Source of the DNA: Granulicella sp.
GTDB lineage: Bacteria > Acidobacteriota > Terriglobia > Terriglobales > Acidobacteriaceae
DNA length: 64,000 nt
Assembly: GCA_027339965.1 (NCBI GenBank)
Contig: DAHWNL010000034.1
Location: 32,001 to 96,000, forward strand
Reading direction: 5' to 3'
The notes under the pieces: generated by a model
The model's database searches: none
What the model was told of the DNA's origin: nothing
What the model saw: only the letters and a program-made list of their open reading frames with translations
Made by a program: the position numbers and the translations under genes
Shown: in pieces, positions 59,838 to 64,000 of the stretch
Layout: each line of letters begins with the position of its first letter
How positions within the stretch are numbered: the stretch's first letter is position 1

Positions 59838-62800
59838 ATGACTGAGAAGAACTTTCTTCGCAATCTCCTTTTGCAGCCAATCTTCTGGGTCCTGATCTAC
59901 GGTGCTCTTGTTGCCTATGGTGTCTATGCCTGGTGGAAGATTCCTGTGGAAGTGCTGCCTCGCTTCAACTATCCGATGATCAGCGTCATCACTCATCAGC
60001 CCGGCGCCACGGCCACGGAGCTCGAAACCGGGATTGCATGGCCGTTGGAAGGTGAGCTGCTATCTCTACCCAATATCGTCGATGTCCGCTCCAGCATGGG
60101 TAACGGCGTTGTGGAGACCGATATCCGCTTTCGCGAGGGCACCAGTAACCAGATGGACCTCATGTCCGTCAACGGAGCCATTGATCGTGCCCATCCAGAG
60201 ATGCCGCCCGGCGTGCAACCTGTTTCAGAGATTATGGGCAATGCCATCGACGAAGTAGCTGATTATGCTCTTCAGATCCCGGCATCGGTGTCCCCTACCG
60301 AAACCCAGCACGCTATCATGGCCAACATTGCGCCTGAACTCCGCGCCCTGCCCGGCGTCGACCAGGTTGAAGTGTATGGCGCTGGCGAAGAAGCTCTCTG
60401 GGTCCAGCCCGATCTGGGCGCTATGGTTCGCTACGGCGTTTCCGTCACGGCCCTGCTCAGTGCTCTTCAACAACAGGTCCTTCTGAACCCCGGAGGTTAC
60501 ATCACGGCAGGCCATCAGGATATCTTCATCGAGGTCCGGAGCCTTCCCCGCCATATCGCCGATCTGGAAGACATCCCTGTTGCATCTTCCGGCGGCCCTA
60601 TTCCGCTGCATGACCTGGCACACGTTGTGCGAGCCGCTGTACCCACTCTGAATGCAGCTCTGCTGGACAACCATGCCAGCGTGGCCATGATTATTTTCAA
60701 GCAACCCGATGCATCCACCATCCCTGTGGCTGAAAACATAGAACAGTACTTGAACGCCAACATCCGGCAACTGCCGCCGGGCGCTCACTGGGTGCGAATT
60801 TACAGCCAGGGCCATTTGGTCAAAAGCGTCGGCACGGATCTCAGCCGCAATCTTCTCTTGGGCGGCATACTCGCGATTGGCGTTCTGCTCTGGGTTCTCG
60901 GCGCCGGCCGCGGCATCTGGATCCTTTCCCTTAGCATCCCTCTCTCTCTGTTGCTGGGCATCGCCGGCCTATACGCCGCCGGACAAAGCCTCAACCTGAT
61001 GACCCTTGGTGCTCTCACCGTCGCCGTAGGCTTGCTCTGCGACGACGGCATCATCGTTCTAGAGAGCATCTACCACCGTTGGGAAAAGGGCGACGACCGC
61101 TGGACCGGCGTCGTACAAGGCCTTAAGGATATCGCCGGTCCCGATGTCACTGGCACCCTCGCCACCGTCTCCACCTTCACGCCTTTGCTTTTCGTCGGCG
61201 GCCTCGCCGGCCTCTTCTTCCTTCCCTTTGCCCTGGCGATGACCTTCTCGCTGCTCGCCTCCTTGCTGATCTCGGTCAGCTTGATTCCGCTCTGCCTTGG
61301 CTTCCTGGGAGCCAAGGCTCGCACCAAACCTACTCTTGCGGGCAAAGCGCTTGAGTTCCTGCGTGGAAAGAATCGGCTTCTTTTTGGAATCGTATCCCGT
61401 TACCCGCGCTGGAGCATGAGCGTCTGTGTCGCTCTCCTTCTTGCCAGCCTCGCCGGCCTCATCCTTGTGCCGATTGATTTCCTTCCGCTACCGAATGAAG
61501 GGGTATTGCTTGAAAGCTTCACTTTGCCTCCCGGCAGTTCGCTGGTGGATACCCAGGCCGCAGTCATGACCATGACGAAACACATGGCGTCCGACCCCGC
61601 TGTTAAGCATATCTACGCTCGCATTGGCTCCTCGTCCAACAGCATCTACACTGATCCTGCTTACTCCGGCGAGATTCAGATCACCCTCAGGCACAGCATC
61701 AAGGTCAACTCGCTGGATGCTATCAGCAAGCGGCTGACGGAAGAAAGCCGGTTGGCCGGCGTGCAAACCTCCATCGACACACCCACCATCGAGCGAGTCG
61801 GCGAAAGTCTCTTTGGTCTGCCCCAGCCCTTCGTTCTTGACGTCTATGGCAGCAGCATTGCCACGATGCGCTCACTCGCCGCGCAGATCACCGATCGTCT
61901 TCGTCCCATCCCAGCGCTCAGCGGCATCTTCAATAATGACGGCTACCTCATCACACAAGTCCAAATCACACCGAAGACCGCGGCCCTCGCCGCGCGGCAT
62001 ATCACCCCAGCACAGCTTTATGCGCAGATCTCTCCGTTGCTCAACGGTGCCATCGTGGCGCAGATACCCCAGGATAACGTCTCCCTCGCGCTGTACCTTC
62101 GACTGGCGGACGCACCCGGCCAGTCCCTGAACACACTCTCCCGTCTGCCCATCCGCACGGATGGCTGGACCCCTCTGGGTCAGTTGGCCAACATCAGCCT
62201 CGGCCCCGCTCCCAGCACCATTCGCCACATTGACGGCGCACGCGCTCTTGAAATTCTCGCCACGCCCACCGGCCCTTTGAGCACCACGATGGCAGCCGCG
62301 CGCAAAGCCCTCTCCGGCCTGCCCCTTCCGCCCGGCTATCGCTACGAGTTCGGGGGTTTGCTCCCCCAGCTTGAAGATGCCGCCATCGGCTTGGTCGCCG
62401 CTGCCCTGGCGGCCTTCCTGCTGTTGGTCGCAATCCTGATTCTACAGTTTGACGGCCTGCTCATCCCCGGTCTCCTTCTCCTGCAGATTCCGCTGGCCTT
62501 CACCGGAGGCGCCATCGCTCTGGTCATCAGCGGGGTGGGGCTCAATGCCGTCGGCATGATCGCCTTCCTCACCCTGGTTGGCATCGGCCTCAACCATGGC
62601 ATCGTGCTCCTCTACCGTACTCGCCGGAATGAGGCTTTCGGCATGGACCCGGAAGCGGCGGTTCGTGAAGCGGTCGAGGTTCGCTTCCGACCCATCGCTC
62701 TCACCACCCTTACCGCCGTTCTGGGCATGCTGCCCACGGCGATGGGCTGGGGCCAGGGAGCAGCGCCGGAACAGGGTCTCGCCGCCGTGGTTCTCGGAGG

Positions 62801-62894
62801 AATCCTATGGAGCGCCATCCTCAGCACCAACCTGTTACCCGCGCTCTACCTTCACATGCGCCGCAAGCAAATCTCCAGGGAGATCAAGGCATGA
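59838..62894 (+). CDS. RND efflux permease (AcrB/CusA/CzcA superfamily)
   Basis: 1018 aa; PVEVLP, NLMTLGAL..AVGLLCDDGIIVLE, RFRPIALT, LGMLP. Confidence 0.94.
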   Translation: MTEKNFLRNLLLQPIFWVLIYGALVAYGVYAWWKIPVEVLPRFNYPMISVITHQPGATATELETGIAWPLEGELLSLPNIVDVRSSMGNGVVETDIRFREGTSNQMDLMSVNGAIDRAHPEMPPGVQPVSEIMGNAIDEVADYALQIPASVSPTETQHAIMANIAPELRALPGVDQVEVYGAGEEALWVQPDLGAMVRYGVSVTALLSALQQQVLLNPGGYITAGHQDIFIEVRSLPRHIADLEDIPVASSGGPIPLHDLAHVVRAAVPTLNAALLDNHASVAMIIFKQPDASTIPVAENIEQYLNANIRQLPPGAHWVRIYSQGHLVKSVGTDLSRNLLLGGILAIGVLLWVLGAGRGIWILSLSIPLSLLLGIAGLYAAGQSLNLMTLGALTVAVGLLCDDGIIVLESIYHRWEKGDDRWTGVVQGLKDIAGPDVTGTLATVSTFTPLLFVGGLAGLFFLPFALAMTFSLLASLLISVSLIPLCLGFLGAKARTKPTLAGKALEFLRGKNRLLFGIVSRYPRWSMSVCVALLLASLAGLILVPIDFLPLPNEGVLLESFTLPPGSSLVDTQAAVMTMTKHMASDPAVKHIYARIGSSSNSIYTDPAYSGEIQITLRHSIKVNSLDAISKRLTEESRLAGVQTSIDTPTIERVGESLFGLPQPFVLDVYGSSIATMRSLAAQITDRLRPIPALSGIFNNDGYLITQVQITPKTAALAARHITPAQLYAQISPLLNGAIVAQIPQDNVSLALYLRLADAPGQSLNTLSRLPIRTDGWTPLGQLANISLGPAPSTIRHIDGARALEILATPTGPLSTTMAAARKALSGLPLPPGYRYEFGGLLPQLEDAAIGLVAAALAAFLLLVAILILQFDGLLIPGLLLLQIPLAFTGGAIALVISGVGLNAVGMIAFLTLVGIGLNHGIVLLYRTRRNEAFGMDPEAAVREAVEVRFRPIALTTLTAVLGMLPTAMGWGQGAAPEQGLAAVVLGGILWSAILSTNLLPALYLHMRRKQISREIKA

Positions 62895-64000
62895 ACACCC
62901 GACAAGTCGTTTTTTCTCCCACTGTTTTGCTCTTCTGCCTTTCTCTCGTGGGCTGCGCACACTACCATGCGGATCCGCTGCCCACTGCGCCCGATCTCCA
63001 AAGAACCCCACAGCTCACGGTAACTGCCAGAGAGTTCTGGCTGCCCGGCCTCACCGAGCACGCTGTTTCTACGAGTGGCCTTGATCAAACCACGGTGATG
63101 ACCCTGGCTGTCTTCAACAACCCTAATCTCAAAGCGGCGCGACTTCAGGCCGGCATCGCCGGCGCCCAACTTCTCCAGGCGGGCCTGCTTCCCGATCCTC
63201 AGTTCAATACCGGTTTCGCAACCTCCGCACTGAACTACGGCGGCGCATTGGGGCTCAACCAACAGATTCAGACGTTGCTTACCCGCGGCGCAGCCAAGGC
63301 CGCCGCACGGGCGTCGGCACAGCAGGTCAATCTCAATATTCTCTGGCAGGAATGGCAGGTCGCCGAGCAGGCCCGCGAGCTCTTCATCCAGACGCGCACC
63401 AACTCACAGCTGCTTTCCGTTCTCCGCTCGGCGCGGCTCCTTGTCGCCAATCGCTACCTCTGCGACCGGGCTGCCATGCAGCGCGGAGACGCCACCGCCG
63501 CCACCGTCGCAACTGACCTGTACACGCTCTCCAGCGCGGATGCATCCCTGCGCCAACTGCAAGCCCAAATCAGCCTGAACCATCAGACCCTCAACGCTCT
63601 GCTTGGCCTGGATCCGAGTGTGCATCTGCATCTCATCGGCCCCATCTCCGTGCCGGCGCTCAGCGATGCTGAATATAGATCTGCCGCCGCCGCGCTGCCG
63701 CATCACCGCGCTGACCTTCTGGCTCTCCAGGCCGGCTACCAAAGCCAGGAAGAGACCCTCCGTCGAGCTATTCTTGCTCAATTTCCGGCACTCAGCGCCG
63801 GCGTGGAACTGGAGCGCGATCCAGTGGAAGGCGTCAACGCCGGTGGTCCAGAGATTTCCTTGAGCCTCCCTCTGTTCAACCGCAATCGCGGCCAGATCGC
63901 AATCGAGCGAGCCACCCGAGCCGTCCTCCGCCAGACCTACCAGGCTCGTCTCGACTCCGCCCAAAGCCAGACCGAACAGGTCTGGCAGGCATCCAAGATC
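62891..64000 (+). CDS. TolC/OMF-family outer-membrane efflux lipoprotein, partial (runs off the window)
   Basis: Manual translation from ATG 62891: MNTRQVVFSPTVLLFCLSLVGC (lipobox)...AVFNNPNLKAAR...LLPDPQ; SLPLFNRNRGQI near the window end. Absent from the ORF track, consistent with no stop codon in the window. Confidence 0.9.
   Translation, partial: MNTRQVVFSPTVLLFCLSLVGCAHYHADPLPTAPDLQRTPQLTVTAREFWLPGLTEHAVSTSGLDQTTVMTLAVFNNPNLKAARLQAGIAGAQLLQAGLLPDPQFNTGFATSALNYGGALGLNQQIQTLLTRGAAKAAARASAQQVNLNILWQEWQVAEQARELFIQTRTNSQLLSVLRSARLLVANRYLCDRAAMQRGDATAATVATDLYTLSSADASLRQLQAQISLNHQTLNALLGLDPSVHLHLIGPISVPALSDAEYRSAAAALPHHRADLLALQAGYQSQEETLRRAILAQFPALSAGVELERDPVEGVNAGGPEISLSLPLFNRNRGQIAIERATRAVLRQTYQARLDSAQSQTEQVWQASKI

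Noticed and set aside
62578..63084. Apparent frameshift or missing gene after the RND permease in the ORF track
   Set aside because: Manual translation from ATG 62891 is open through the region checked and gives a normal OMF lipoprotein; the listed ORF is an alternative frame.

Overview
GC-rich (by eye about 60%) bacterial chromosomal segment whose gene content and protein style suggest Acidobacteriota (inference). Left to right: an eroded fliJ-like remnant, an atypical OmpR-type regulator, lexA, an internally deleted RND adaptor remnant, a DUF4097 protein, a TetR-associated fatty-acid beta-oxidation cluster, two more degraded genes, and a housekeeping block (APC permease, rsmA, ruvC, amidase-GerMN-murI, EVE, fabI, DinB, ABC-F, imm-like, bshC, NUDIX, csp, polX, ThiO-like oxidase). 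The most notable part is a ~20 kb energy island. korAB and nifJ (ferredoxin-dependent 2-oxoacid oxidoreductases) are transcribed divergently, across a 79-bp spacer holding a TGTGA-N6-TCACA box, from a complex I-like operon nuoABCDIHJKL-M-M-N. That operon lacks nuoEFG, has two different NuoM subunits (the second without the TM7 lysine) and has a 26-residue extension in the NuoL amphipathic helix. The window ends with an MFP-RND-OMF efflux operon preceded by a small leaderless CxxC membrane ORF whose last codons are complementary to the next ribosome-binding site, a candidate metal-sensing leader. No rRNA, tRNA, CRISPR array or intact mobile element was seen. All family calls come from motif recognition by eye; no searches were run.
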